From NCBI RefSeq assembly GCF_009914755.1, contig NC_060929.1: a stretch of 64,000 nucleotides of DNA; one strand, written 5' to 3'. The position numbers were made by a program, and so were the translations under genes. A model generated the notes under the pieces. It searched no databases. It was given only the letters and a program-made list of their open reading frames with translations, and was not told where the DNA came from. Position 1 is the stretch's first letter. Every line of letters begins with the position of its first letter. This stretch comes from the human T2T-CHM13v2.0 reference genome, Homo sapiens. Below are positions 29,325 to 50,193 of the stretch, in pieces.

Positions 29325-32300
29325 CTATATGATCCAAAAAGTTAAAAGCTATGGACCTGCACAAAATATGGATGGCTGAACACAGGCCGTGTCTTTTAAA
29401 CACACAGCAGAAAGCACCTCTAGAAATAGATGAGAAGAGGAAGGAAAGTCAACTCTAGAAAAAAAACAAAGGAATTTTGTTGCTTTTCTTCACCTGTTTG
29501 TTTGTTGCCTTTGTTATTCTGCCTACATTAACCAGAATTAGCAGATTACTACAATTCTTCATTTGATTTCAGTGGAACAAATGCAGCCACTGATAGAATT
29601 ACAGTACAGCACACCCTAGAAGGGAACACAACTGCTTTCATTAAGTTAAATGTACCTATAGTAGGATGAACAAGTATCTTACTAGATAATTCCTTTCGAA
29701 TCTAGAGCTTAGCTTATTAAATATTCCTGTCATTAATTTTTGTCATAATCATTTGCTCCAACTCAGTAAAACAGTTGCTAAAACTCATATGATGAAAGAA
29801 AGCTAGATTTCACATTAATTGCCCCTTTCAGTATCACTTAATTTTCTTCCTTTAATTTTGAGCACACCTGTTTTGAAGGTGAGCACCATACAGCCTTGAC
29901 CCCCCACGTTCACTGTATGTACTTCATGCCAGTAACTAAAATGCTATAATTCCACATCATTAAATTAAGCAATAGCCAAGTTTCAGATTTTACACTGTCT
30001 GACTACTAAAATCACATTAGTTCACTACTAGAGTTTAGTCACTGTATCAACTATTGGTATTAAATCTTTGAATGCAATGAAAGTTAACAATGCTATTTTT
30101 ATGTTGTGCCAAAAAAATCATTCAGTCTGTTTTCTCTTTTTGATTACAGTTCATTTAAGGGAAAAATGTTGCTGTATGGTTTGACAATGTTTTGTGTGTC
30201 TTCGACTGATAGAACACACAAAACGCTTGAATAGGCCCATTTATTTGAGCAGACATATTAAATAATACTTTAAATGTGAACATGCATGTCATAAATTTTG
30301 TAGTCTCTTTAAAGTAGGATAAATCTGGTATTTAAAGTAGCCTTTGTTCAAAGCCATCTTTTTTTCTAACAGTCATAAAGGGACTCTGATTTGTGCTGCA
30401 TGAACAATGCCAGCATCATCATTTTAATGTTATCCATATGGGCTTCTAATAATAGATAAGAGTCTACATTTGTATTATATGTCTTAGAGACATTTAAAAT
30501 CTAGATAAGGAAAGGCTGAATTCATTGGCCCCACAGTTAAAGGAAAGCAGACCCTAATTAAAAGAATTCTGTTCTGAATTAACTAGTTTGACATGTGCTA
30601 ATTGACAGTTCCTGTGAAATGGTTCTAATTAAAGTCAATATGTCTTTTTCAATTAAAAGGAAATTAAGAATATACTAATATACATTAACAACTTAATCTG
30701 CCTTCAATATCCCATACATCAGCTGCTTTTCCTTCCTAACGTTATTGGAGAACCATCTGACATGAATCATCTACTGTTTGCTTATGGTATCTCATTATTA
30801 CTTCACACGAGCACAGCAGTAGTAGGTATCCCCTTGAGGAAGAAGATAACCTGCACATGCTTTGATTTTTCAGAACTCCTAACTCTTAGTTCATTAACTA
30901 TAAACCACCTTTTTGAATTGGAAAAAAAAAATGGACATTTCTTAATAAGAATCTTTGCTAAATGAAAACAAAGACAAGTGTTCTCAATTAGTTGGTCTTT
31001 TTACTATAGGCCTTAGAGGTAATTGCATTCTGCTGGAAAGAAGGCTGCACTAAGTTTTCATCATTTGGTTTGATTCAAACCAAAGCTTGATTTGAGCAAC
31101 ATAAAACAAAAACATCTTTCAAATCATGTTCTGTTTCCCAAGTGAAACTTCGGGGAAATATCAGGTGGGAATACTTTGCATTGTATATATAACAGGAAAT
31201 AGAAAGCAAGATTGCTTAAATGTCTGCACTAACAGAAGGCCCATGTATACAATGAAAATGTAGCATTAGAGAAGCTGTTTATAGCAACATAATTAAATAT
31301 TCAAATGTACATTACCAAAGCTATGGTGTTAGCAATTTCAGTTCCAGAGAAAGTAATATTAAACTGAAACATCAATGCTAATGTACACAACATTAACATC
31401 ACATGGAGAACAATGAAAAAGATTAAAACTATTTGTTTCTTAGTAGATGATTAAAATTTAGACATTTTAATTACAATAAAAGGGTTTTTCAAGGAAAGTT
31501 TTTACACTATCAAGATACTATATGCAATTTTTCATGATATAGCTAATATTTTGATAAGCATTCCATCACAACCCCCTTTCTGCAGTTTAGAATTCAACAT
31601 GAAATGTAACAACTTATATAAATAGGAAATTATTTTACTTATTTTCACCAAAATTCATATTTAATTTAGATCAAGAAAAAAGGTAAACAAGTCTCTTCCA
31701 CTTTGCCACTTTTATTCACTCACATCTTTAAAAGATGAAATTTGCTATCACCTGTAGCATTCTGAGGAGCAATGAGAGAGAGAGGCAGCTAGCCAGCCAG
31801 CCAATACAATCTCTCATTGAAAGCATTTTTCCCCAAATGTACTCTATTATTCTTTCTGAGTAGTTACCAAAAACTTTAATGAAAATCATCTTAAGTGGAA
31901 CTCAAAAAGCATCTGAAGTCTAGTGAATTTCCAGAATGAGTAAACACATATTAATCTACTTTCAATAAAGTGCCTTCTCATAATTATAAATATAATCAGA
32001 CTCAACAGTCAAAATGCAGTGCTATGTATTACCATGTGGAGCCCCTAGTTTGATTTCCAATCCTGGGACTTGCTCCTCAAGCTGGCATAGACTGGAAATG
32101 CTGCAATAACAGCATGTACTCAGCTTTTTTAAATGGGAAAGAAGCCAATGCAGCAACTTTTCTGCCCAATTAAAGAGCATTGTCTATAGCAGGCCTACAC
32201 AACATAAGGCCTGCAGACTGCACACAGCCATGAAGCAATTGTTCATGACCCACCCACAGATTTGGGAAGGGGGAGTAAGTAGAAAGACATACAATATGGA

Positions 32301-32473
32301 ATCTATGTCAGCAATAAGAGAAAAGACTGTTCCACAGACTCCACCTCTCAGTTCACATGTTACAATGACAATGCTAATCTCAGGATGGCAATCAACATGA
32401 TCTGTCAATCCTCCCAATGAAGACATCCACTGTATCAATGCTGCACTTGTATAAAAACTTACTAAAGGGCAGG

Positions 32474-32791
32474 TTTTTTGTTGTTTTTTGTTTGTTTGTT
32501 TTTTGTTTGTTTTGAGACAGTCTTGCTCTGTCATCCAGGCTGGAGTACGGTGGCACGATCTCGGCTCACTGCAACCTTCGCATCCCAGATTCGAGCAATT
32601 ATCCTGCTTCAGCCTCCTGAGTAGCTGAGATTACAGGTGTGTGCCACCACGCCTGGCTAATTTTTGTATTTTTAGTAGAGATGGGGTTTCACCATGTTGG
32701 TCAGGCTGGTCTCAAACTCCTGACCTTGTGATCCACTCACCTCAGCCTACCAAAGTGCTGGAATTATAGGTGTGAGCCACCGCGCCCAGCC
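32474..32791 (-). mobile_element. AluS
   Basis: Full dimer on the - strand with a (TTTG)n tail. Confidence 0.93.
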
Positions 32792-33014
32792 AAAGGAGCA
32801 GTTTTATATACTGAACTGAAAATAGGAAAATCCTGTAGCATTCATCTGAAGGTTTATACTATTTGAACAGTTTATAAATATTTATTGATGATCCTCATGT
32901 TTTATATTTTCTTATAGAAACTTGTTTTCATTTCTTTCTCTTGTTCCTCCCATTCAATTACCAATGAGTGACTATATAACTCATTCAAACTGGAAAGCTT
33001 TTAAGAATGAACGT

Positions 33015-36000
33015 GGAGGAAAGTGATGTCATGGAAGACAGTAGAGTAGGATCAATCCCTTTACCAAAACAACAGTTGAGTTGACACGAACTGTCATAAC
33101 CAACTACTTCAGAACTCAAGTCTAGCTGAACATTTGCAGTGTCTAGAGGAGTGCTTGATGAAGAAAGAGACTAGTAAATTTTGGTGAATTTCAGTGTTAT
33201 GTATAACAACTACTATCCTTAAGCCCTGTGGAAAGCAGCATGGGGACAATGGCCTGTATGCCTGGTGCAATTTGCTGGTGCCAGAGTGAACAACAGGAAC
33301 CTTCTCTTGAAAAAAAAATTGGGTTTCTGTATTTTGATCCGTTTGGAAGTTCACTGAGGGGCCAGTACAGAGATGGTTCAACCATGATGGGCTGACGCAG
33401 CTTCCCAGGCATCAGCTGAAGGAAATTAAAAAGAATATGCTTTACTTTTCTTCTCTTACAAAATCCAGGCATTTAAGAAAAATCTCTGTCAGTGTGCTGA
33501 CTGACCATGAAGATAACAAAACATAGGCTTCTGGAACCACACATAACAAGGAATATAGTTTTTTCAAAACAATTTGGAAAAGTCACTAAACAAATGAACA
33601 ACTGCTGCCTTCATCAAACAACAACAACAACCCTTCATGTAGAAGGCAGAATTTGATTTCCAAAATTGCCACATTACGGTATTCAAAATGTCCAGTTCTC
33701 AACAAAAAATTATGAAGCACACAAAAAATAGAAAGTATGACCCATTCATGGGGGAAAAAAATGATAAAGACCATTCCTGAGGAAGCCCAGATGTTGAATT
33801 TACTAAGCAAAGACTTTAAATTAACTGGCTTAAAGATGCTCAAAGAATTAAAGGAAACCATGAGTAAATAAGTAAATGACATTAGGCAAACTATATATAA
33901 AAGAGTAAGAAATATCAATAAAGGAATAGAAATTATTTTTTTTTAAAAAGAACACAGTAGAAATAATGGAGATGAAAAATATAAGAGATTAAATTAAAAA
34001 TTCAGAAGAGGGGCTCAGGCAAAAGAAATGTTTATCAAACTTGAAGACAGAACAATTATACTTACCCAGTCTTATGAACAGACAAAAAAAATTAATGAAG
34101 CAAAATAAACAGAGTCTACAGGACTTATAGGACATCATCAAGTGCACCAACATACACATTATGGGTTACAGAAACAGAAAAGAGAGAAATGAAGAAACAT
34201 TATCCAAAAACTTCCAAAATTTGATGAAAGATGTGATGCTACACATCCAGGAATCTCAACAAACTCCAAGCAAGACAAACTCAATGAGATCCACACAAAG
34301 ACACATTATAATCAAACTGCTGATAGACAAAGACAGAGAAAAATCTTGAAATCAGCAAGAGAGAAGGGATTTATCACATACAAGCCATCCTCAATAAGAT
34401 TAACAACCTATTTTTATGAGAAACTATGGAGGTCAAAAGGGAGTGGAATAAAATATTTAAAATACAGAAAGGGAAAAAATGCCAACAAGGAATTTATATA
34501 CAGCAAAATACTTCAAAAATGAAGAGGAAATTAAGACACTGCCAGATAAAAGTTCACTGACAGACTTGCTCTACAAGAAATGTTAAAGGAATTCTTCAGG
34601 CTGAAATAAAATGATACTAAACAGTAACTTAAAGCCATACAATGAAATAAAAGTCACTGATAAGGTAACTACATAGGTAAATGTAAAACCTAGTATTAAT
34701 GTATTTTGGGCATGTAATTTCCCTTTTCATTTCCTGTATGATTTAAAACACAAATGCATAAAACAATAATTATAAATATATGTCAATGGGCACATAATGC
34801 ATAAAGATACAATTTGTGACAGTAACAACATAAAGGGAAGAATGCAGCTGAGTAGGAGCAGAATTAATGTATGCTGCTGAAGTTAAGAACTAGATTGCTA
34901 TAAATTTAGAATATTAACTGTAATCCCCCATGGTAACCACTAAGAAAATAATTTAAAATATATTGAAAAGGAAATGAAGAGGATGTCAAAATATTATTCT
35001 AAAAAATCCAATCAAACACAAAGGAGGCAATATTGGAGAAATTGAGAAACAAAAAAGACATGATATATAGAAAATAAATAGCAAAATGGCAAAAATAAGT
35101 TCTTCATGATCAGTTGGCACTATAAGCGTAAATGAATTAAACAAATTAAAAAACAGAGATTGTAGAAAAAATTTTTTAAAAACATGATCCAGCTAGTTGC
35201 TGCTTAAAAGAGACCAATTTTAGACCCAAAGATATAATAAGTTAACAATGAAAGGATAGAAAAAAATATTCCATGCAAATAATAACCAAAAGAGAGCCAG
35301 GCTGGCTATACTGATATCAGGAAAAAAATGGATTTTACATCAAAAACTATTGCAAAAGACAAAGAAATACATTTTATAAGGATAAAAGGATCCATTCATC
35401 AATATGATATAACAATTATAAATGTATACACATCAAACTAGAGAGCCTGAGAATATATAAAGTAAATAGTGACAAAACTGAAGAGAGAAAACAGGCTAGA
35501 AGACAGGACAATTATATAATTAGGATAATAATTGGAAACTCTAGAATAATAGTTGGAAACTTCAATAGCCCACTTTTAGTAATGGATAGAACACACAGAA
35601 AATAAATAAGGAAATAGACAATTTGAACAACACTATAAAGCAACAAGGCCTAACAGACATATACAGAACACTCTACCAAAAATGGAAGAATATGTATTCT
35701 TCTCAAGTTCACATGAAACATTCTCCAGAATAAACCATAATTTAGGCCATAACACAATTTTCAATCGACTTCAAAATATATAAATCACACCAAGTATCTT
35801 CTACAACAACAATGAAATGAAGCTAGAAATAAATAAAAGAAGGAAAACTAGAAACTTTTCAAGTTCACAGAAATTAAATAACATATTCTTTAAAAAAAAT
35901 AGGTTAAGAAAGAAATCACTAGAAAAACAGAAAAATACTTTCAGATAAAATGCAAATGAAAGCACAACATACCAAAATGTATAGGAGGCAGCAAAAGCAG

Positions 36001-36225
36001 TATCCAGGGGAAATTTTTATAGCTGTAAACACCTATATTTTTAATAAATCTCAAATTAACAACCTAATTTTACACCTTAAGAAACTAGAAAAATAAGTGC
36101 AAATTACACCCAAAACAAGCAAAATAAATAATAAAGATTAGAGAAAAGATAAAACAGAAAGGAGAAAAACTATAGAGAAAAATCAATAGGAACAAAAAAA
36201 AATGGTTTGTTGATAAAAATCAACT
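33015..36225 (+). mobile_element. Ancient L1M (5'UTR, ORF1, inter-ORF, endonuclease region of ORF2)
   Basis: ORF 34161-34349 (NFQNLMKD..IQESQQTP..RHIIIKL) is ORF1-like. EN-region motifs at 35190-35760. Confidence 0.82.
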
Positions 36226-36237
36226 GTAGAAATTATC

Positions 36238-43343
<7,106 letters not shown>

Positions 43344-43670
43344 AGAAATTACCACAGCCACCCTAAACCTTCAGCAACCACCACCCTGATCAGTCAGCAG
43401 CCATCAACATCTAGGAAAGACCCTCCACCGGCAAAAAGACTACAACTTGCTAAAGTCTCAGATGATCATTAGCATTTTTTAGGAGGAAGGTATTTTTAAT
43501 TAAGGTATATATATATATATATTTTTAGGCATAATGCTATTGCACAAAATAGACTACAGTATAATGAAAACATAACTTTTATATGTACTGGGAAATCTAA
43601 AAATGTAAGTGACTTCCTTTATTACGGTGGTTCGGTACCAAATCTGCAGTATTTCTGAGGTATGCCTGTA
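43344..43670 (+). mobile_element. Tigger1 3'-terminal fragment
   Basis: Homologous to 56012-56363; ends GAGGTATGCCTG followed by TA. Confidence 0.88.
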
Positions 43671-44487
43671 TTTGAAGAGCTGACTAGAGAAAAGTTTCTG
43701 AGAAACACAAAGCCACAATAGAAGTGAGACAGCCTAATTTAATAAAATTAAAAGAAACCTCTAAAAAGCACTATGCCTTTGCTCAAAAAAGCCATTTGTT
43801 TGCTAGTGTGAGTTCTGATAAAGACCAAATCCTGTCTCAAGTACATGTTTGGGGCTTGTGTTGAAGTTCTCTAAGGGCAGTTTAACCGCGGTAAGAGATC
43901 ACATCTTGCATTCCAATTTGTATTAATTAATATACAATTCTTAAAATGATGGGATAGTCAGATGTTTGGTCTAGATCTTCCCAGTTGCTCGTGATTTTAT
44001 GTTCCTGCAAATATAATCTGCACTCTTCTGAAAAAGGAAAATGAAAGAGGATGGGTGACTCTCAGTCAATCCATGTGACTTCTGGATGAGGACCTGTGAA
44101 ATGGAGAAAATTGGATTTCCAGAACTGGCCCTTCCACCACTCCCTTCAGATCCAGATTGAGCATATGTGTTACTTGGTGCAATTATTGTTATAAACATGA
44201 TTCTTGCTTGTTAAATAAATGAATAGAATGTTATAAAGATGATTCTAGCTTGTTAGTTACAGAAAACTAGACAATGTAAACTGTACATGTATAAATAAGT
44301 TATTGCCCTTTAAATGTCAAATACCCCATTTCTCCTTCTCTTGTTTTTTGAGCTTTCCCTAATTAGACAGACTCATAGTTTTCATTAAGAAGTTCAGTAA
44401 ATAAATATTTGGGCTATCTACTATGTGTAAACTGTCACAAAAACTTTTAGAAACAAGCCAGAAATCCATATGGATGAGAAGAAAGGG

Positions 44488-45495
44488 AGGTGGTAATGAC
44501 GGTGGTGGTGGTGGTGGTCATGGTGATGATGGGAGTGGTGGTGGTGGTAGTGGTGATAGGGGTAGTGGCGGTGGCAGTGGTGGTGGTCTTGGTAATGGTG
44601 GTGTTGATGGTCATTGTGGTTATGGTGGCAGTGGTGGTGGTGGTCATGGTGGTGATGGGAGTGGTGGTGGTGGTGGTGATGGTGGTGGTGGCGGTGGCAG
44701 TGGTGGTGGTGGTGGTGGTGGTTGTTCCTGGTAATGGTGTTGATGGTGGTTGTAGTCATGGTGGTGATGGGAGTGGTGCTGGTGGTAGTGATAGCAATGG
44801 TGGTGGTGGTTGTTCCTGGTAATGGTGGCATTGATGGTGGTTGTAGTCATGCTGGTGATGAGAGTGGTGGTGGTAGTCCTGGTAATGGTGGTATTTATGG
44901 TGGTTGTGGTTATGGTAGTGGTGGTGGTGGTGGTGCAGTGGTGGTGGTTGACTTGGTAATGGTGGTGTTGATAGTCATTGTGGTTGTGGTAGTGGTGGTG
45001 GTGATGGGAGTGGTGGTGATGGTGGTGGTGGGAGTGGTGGTGGTGGTGGTGGTTGTTCCTGGTAATGGTGTTGACGGTGGTTATAGTCATGGTGGTGATG
45101 GGAGTGGTGGTGGTGGTAGTGATAGCTGTGGTGGTGGTGGTGGCGGTGGTGGTCGTTCCTGGTAATAGTGGTGTTGATGGTGGTTGTAGTCATGCTGGTG
45201 ATGAGAGTGGTGGTGGTGGTAGTCCCGGTAATGGTGGTGTTTATGGTGGTTGTGGTTATGGTAGTGGTGGTGGTGGCAGTGGTGGTGGTTGTTCCCGGTA
45301 ATGGTGGTATTGATGGAGGTTGTAGTTATGGTGGTAGTGGTGGTCGTGGTGGTGGTGGTGGTCATGGTGGTGATAAGAGTGGTAGTGTTGGTGGTGGTAG
45401 TTGTCCTGGTAATGGTGGTATTGATGAAGGTTGTGGTTATGGTGGTAGTGGTGATGGTGGGGGGGTGGTGGTGCTGGTGGTGGTGGTGATGGCCG
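44488..45495. repeat. (GGT)n-derived compound minisatellite
   Basis: About 1 kb of GGT triplets punctuated by recurring CCTGGTAATGGTG units. Confidence 0.97.
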
Positions 45496-45558
45496 TGGTC
45501 CTAGCTAAAGTGATAACAGAATGAAGTTCTGGAAACCAAAATTTTTTTTTAAATGAAC

Positions 45559-46120
45559 TGTAATGATTAATTTTTTTGTGTCACCTTTACTGGGCTAAGG
45601 GATTCTCAGATAGCTAGAAAAACATTATTCTGGGTGTGTCTGTGAGAGTGTGTCCAGAAGAGATTAGCATTTTAATCAGTTAACAAAGGAAAGAAGATCT
45701 GCCCTAATCAATATGGGCAGGTATCTTCCAATCTACTAAAGACGCAAATTGAAGAAAAAGGTGGGAGAGCAAATGTTCTCTCTCTTCTCAAGCTAGGACA
45801 TTCATCTTCTCCTACCCTTGGACATCAAGGCTCCTGGTTCTTGGGCCTTCAAACTCCATGACTTATACTGGTAGCCTCCCCAGTTCTCAGGCCCTTGGCC
45901 TCAGACTTGGAGTTACACCATCAGCTCCCTGGTTCTCAGGCCTTCAGACTCTTGACTGAATTGTACCACGGGCTTTCTTCGTTATCCAGCATGCAGACAG
46001 TATATTATAGGACCTCTTGGCTTCCATAATCACATAAGCCAATTCCCATAATAAATCTCCTCTTATCCATCTATATATATCCTATTGGTTCTGTTTCTCT
46101 GGAGAACCCTGACTAATACA
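45559..46120 (+). mobile_element. MLT2-family solo LTR
   Basis: TGTAATGATTAATTTTTTTGTGTCACC ... TCTCTGGAGAACCCTGACTAATACA; flanks TGAAC / TCAAC. Confidence 0.88.
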
Positions 46121-49115
46121 TCAACTAAACCAACAAACTTTTAGCCCCACTGATTATAAAAAAAGAAAGATGAAAATAACTAAAATCTGACAAGAAAGCA
46201 GAGATATTAGTATTGACCTTTACAGAAACTAAAAGAATTATAAGAGAATACTTGGAACTATTTACACCAACAAATTAGGTAATCTAGATGTATGGACAAA
46301 TTCCTAGAAACACATAAATTATCAAAACTGATTTAAGAAGTAAAAAATCTTAACAGATCTAAAGAAAAAACCTTAACAGACAGACTCAGTATTCAAAAAC
46401 CTCCCAACAAAGAAAAGTCTGTGCTACATGGCTTCACTGTTTGTTTTTTGAGCTAATTAGATAGACTCACAGTTTTCATCAAGAAGTTCAGTAAATAAAT
46501 ACACCAAACACTTAAATAAGAATTAATTCTACCAAACACTAAATTCTACCAAACACTAAAATAAGAATTAACACCATTCCTTCTCAAACTTTTCCAATAA
46601 AGCAGGAGAGGGAACACTTCCTAACACATTTTGTGAGATCAGCATTACTCTGATACTAAAGTCAAAGACCTCAAAAGAAAACTATAACTCAATATCCCTT
46701 ATTAACACAGATGTAAAATTCTGCAACAAAATACTGGCAAACCAAATCCAACAGCATATTTTAAAAACACATACACCACGACCAAATGAAGTGTAACTCA
46801 TGAATGCAAGTGTGGTTGAACATATGAAAATCAATTAATATAATGCACCACATTAAGGGGATGGAGTAACATATTACATGATTATCTCAATACATGCAGA
46901 AGGAGTATTTGACAAAATTCTATATCATTTCATGATAAAAAAAAAAAACACTCACAAACTAGGAGAGAAAAGAATTTCTTTAATACGATAAAGGGCACTT
47001 ATGAAAAACCCATAGCTAACATTATGCTCAATGGTGAAAGAATGAAAGCTTTCCCCTAAGATCAGGAAGAAAACATGATGCCTGCTTTGACCACTGCTAT
47101 TTGACACTGTACTGGAAGTTCTAATCAAAGGAATGATTCCAGAAAAAGAAATAAAAGGCATCCAAATTTATGACACCTTTAGAAGTACAAATAAATAAAA
47201 CTACTTCTATTTGCAGATGACAAAATTCCATAGAATCAATCCACAAAAAACCTACTAGTGCTAATAAGCAAATTCAGCAAACTTGCAGGGTATAAGATCA
47301 ACACACAAAAATCAGTTGTGTTTTATACAGCAGCAATGAACAAACTGAAAAGGAAATTAAAAACAATTCCATTTACAATAGCACCCAAAAGAATAAAATA
47401 CCCAGGAATACATTTAACCAAGGAAGTGAAAGACATACACTGTATGTCTTTTATTGTGTAATACACAATAAAACATCGCTGAAAGAAACTTTAAAAGACC
47501 TAAATAAGTGAAACTATTTCCCATGTTCATGAATTGTAAGACTTAATATTGTTCAGATAACAATATTACCCAAATCAATCTACAGTTCCTCAAATTCATA
47601 TGGAACTGTACAGAACCCCAAATAGCCAAAACAATATTTCAAAAGTAACATATGGTTGGAAGACTCAAAATTCCCAATTTCAAAACTTACTACATAGCTA
47701 AAATAACCCAAGCAGTATGGTATTGGCATAATAATAGATATATAGAACAACAGAATAAAACTGAGAGTCCAGAAATAAACCCAAACATCTATGGTCAATT
47801 GATTTTTGACAAGGGTGCCAAGGCCATTCAACAGAGAAAGAAGAGTCTCTTCAACAAATGATGCAGGAACAAATGTATAACCACAAACAATAAAGTTGGA
47901 CTCCTACCTCACTCCTTATTAAAAGAAAAAAAAACCTCCAAATGGATCAATTACCTAAATATGAAAGCTACAATTATAGGACTATTAAAGAAACCATACA
48001 CTTAAATCTTCATGACTTTAGATTTGGTAATGGATTCCTAAACTTTCACAAAAGAATGAGCAATAAAAGTAAAAACAGATATGTTGGACTTCATAAAAAT
48101 TAAAATATTTGTGTATCAAAGGATATTACAGAATGGGAAAAAAATTTTGCAATTATATCTGATAAGAAATTAATATCCCTTAAATTATACCTGATAAAGG
48201 ATTAATATGCAGAATACATAAAGAACCATTACAACTCAACAACAAACAGATAAGCAATCCAAATTTTTAAATGGGCAAAGGAGCTGAATAGGCATTTCTC
48301 CAAAAGAGATATATAGATCTCTAGTAAGCACATGAAAAGATGTTCAACATCACTGGTCATTAAGGAAAATGCAGAATGAGATGCCATTTCACACCCATTA
48401 GGATACCTTTAATCAAAAAAATAAAAAATGTTGGCAAGAGCCAGCCATAGTGGCTCACGCCTGTAATCTGAGCACTATTGGGAGGGCACTTTGGGATGAT
48501 CACTTGAGCCCAGCAGTTCAAGACCACCAGCCTGGTCAACATGGGAAACTGTATCTACTAAAAATATAAAAATTAACCAGGAATGGTGGTGTGTGCCTGT
48601 AATCCAAGGCTCAAGAATCACTTGAACCCAGGAGGTGAAGGTTGCAGTGAGCCAAAATCACGCCACTGCACTCCAGCCTGGGCACCAGAGCAAGACTCCA
48701 TCTCAAAAGAAGAAAAAGTTGGCAACGATGTATAGAAATAAGAACCCTGGTAACTTCCTGGTAGGCACGTAAAATGGTGCAGCTGCTGTGGAAAACAGTT
48801 TGGCTGTTCCTCAAAAAGTTAAACACAGAATTACCATCTGACTAAGAGAAATGAAAAGATGTCCACACAAAAACTTGCACATGAATGTTTATAGCAGTAT
48901 TATTCATAACAGCAAAAAAGTGAAAACAGCTCAAATGCCCATCAGTGGATAATCAGATAAACAAATTGTGGTATTGGGGTGTGTGTGTGTAAGTGTGTCA
49001 AAAATATGCCAAGTGAAAGAAAGTAGAACAACAGGTCACATATTGTATGGTTCCATTTATATGATATATCCAGAATAAGCAAATCCATAGCAATAGACAG
49101 CAGATTAGCAGATAA
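46121..49115 (+). mobile_element. Old L1M(B-like) ORF2 and 3' region, interrupted by an Alu
   Basis: ORFs 47258-47461 (FSKLAGYKINTQKS) and 47652-47861 (VWYWHNNRYIEQ) are ORF2p remnants. Confidence 0.85.
48440..48713 (+). mobile_element. Old Alu with internal rearrangement
   Basis: Alu dimer flanked by AAAA(T)GTTGGCAA direct repeats. Confidence 0.88.
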
Positions 49116-49288
49116 CAAACAAGAAAAATTCCTTCTACATGACAAAAAAAATCCAAGATAGAATCAGCATTTATTATATAAATAACTACTTATACAATTT
49201 GGTGTGGTTTTCTTTGATTCTTTCAAACATCATGCATTTTGCAAATAATGACATTATACTTACATGGATTTAAGCTAAAATCTCCATA

Positions 49289-49409
49289 GGGTTTACATAC
49301 ATGTGGCTGTTCTTTTCCGTACTTTATTCTGTTTTATTTTAGTCTCTTGGGTTTACATACATGTGGTTGTTCTTTTCCATACTTTATTCTGTTTTATTTT
49401 AGTCTCTTG
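49289..49409. repeat. 60-bp tandem duplication
   Basis: GGGTTTACATACATGTGG(C/T)TGTTCTTTTCC(G/A)TACTTTATTCTGTTTTATTTTAGTCTCTT, two copies with 2 mismatches. Confidence 0.95.
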
Positions 49410-50146
49410 TCTGATGCTTGATTTTTGTCTTTTCTCATTAAGAAAAAGAAAGTAGAATTGTATGTCCAAATCTAGCATTAAATTACAATTCTTTTACTGA
49501 GAAAATAAGACCAAGCACAAAGGGAAAATGCAAATAGAGAGAGAACCTCTCCAAAATTCTAATTAAGCTGCAAGCCATAAAAGTGTGCAGTTTCCATAAT
49601 GAAACCTAAATGTTTACAGATTTTTCATCAAAAGACAAATGACCAGGTTTTAGCCTTGACCGTGTAATGGAGATAAGTTAAGAATCTGAAGATAATACCT
49701 ACTGTTTTACTCTATTTGGAAAAAAAAATTGGACCTCAAAGTTTTGAATCTTTAACATAAATACATGTACTTTATAAAATTTTAATAAGGTACTATTTAT
49801 ATATACAAACATGATTTGTATATCATATACACAAATATGATGATTTGTATATCATATACACAAATATGATGAAGAGGAAATTATTTCCTCTTAAAATTAG
49901 ATGTCCACTAACATCACTAGTTATCGCTTATTTTAGAAATGCTCTCGTCAAATTTTCTGAATTTATGCTATAACTTTAAAAGCAGGAAAAAAATGTTTTG
50001 TGGATACTACAAACTAAGTAGAATGTATATTCTCAAAACTGTTATGGAAGATAGATGGTATTATTACCATACATACCTATGATTTGAACATAAAGAGAAA
50101 ACTCAATACCACTATGATGTAATATTAGAAGGAAAAAATGAATTAC

Positions 50147-50193
50147 CTCTCCAAGACTTAGTATCTATTCTTCCAATATCATTGTTAGAGGTC
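50147..50193 (-). other. Candidate 47-nt exon of an unidentified minus-strand host gene
   Basis: tttcactttgattttatttacttgtag|GACCTCTAAC...TCTTGGAGAG|gtaatt, in non-repetitive DNA. One open frame (TSNNDIGRIDTKSWR). Confidence 0.4.

Noticed and set aside
44421-45524. Gly-, Val-, His-, Thr- and Pro-rich ORFs resembling loricrin/keratin-associated or His-rich proteins
   Set aside because: Open frames in most of the six frames are expected from a GGT/ACC repeat. Frames shift between units and there is no gene context.
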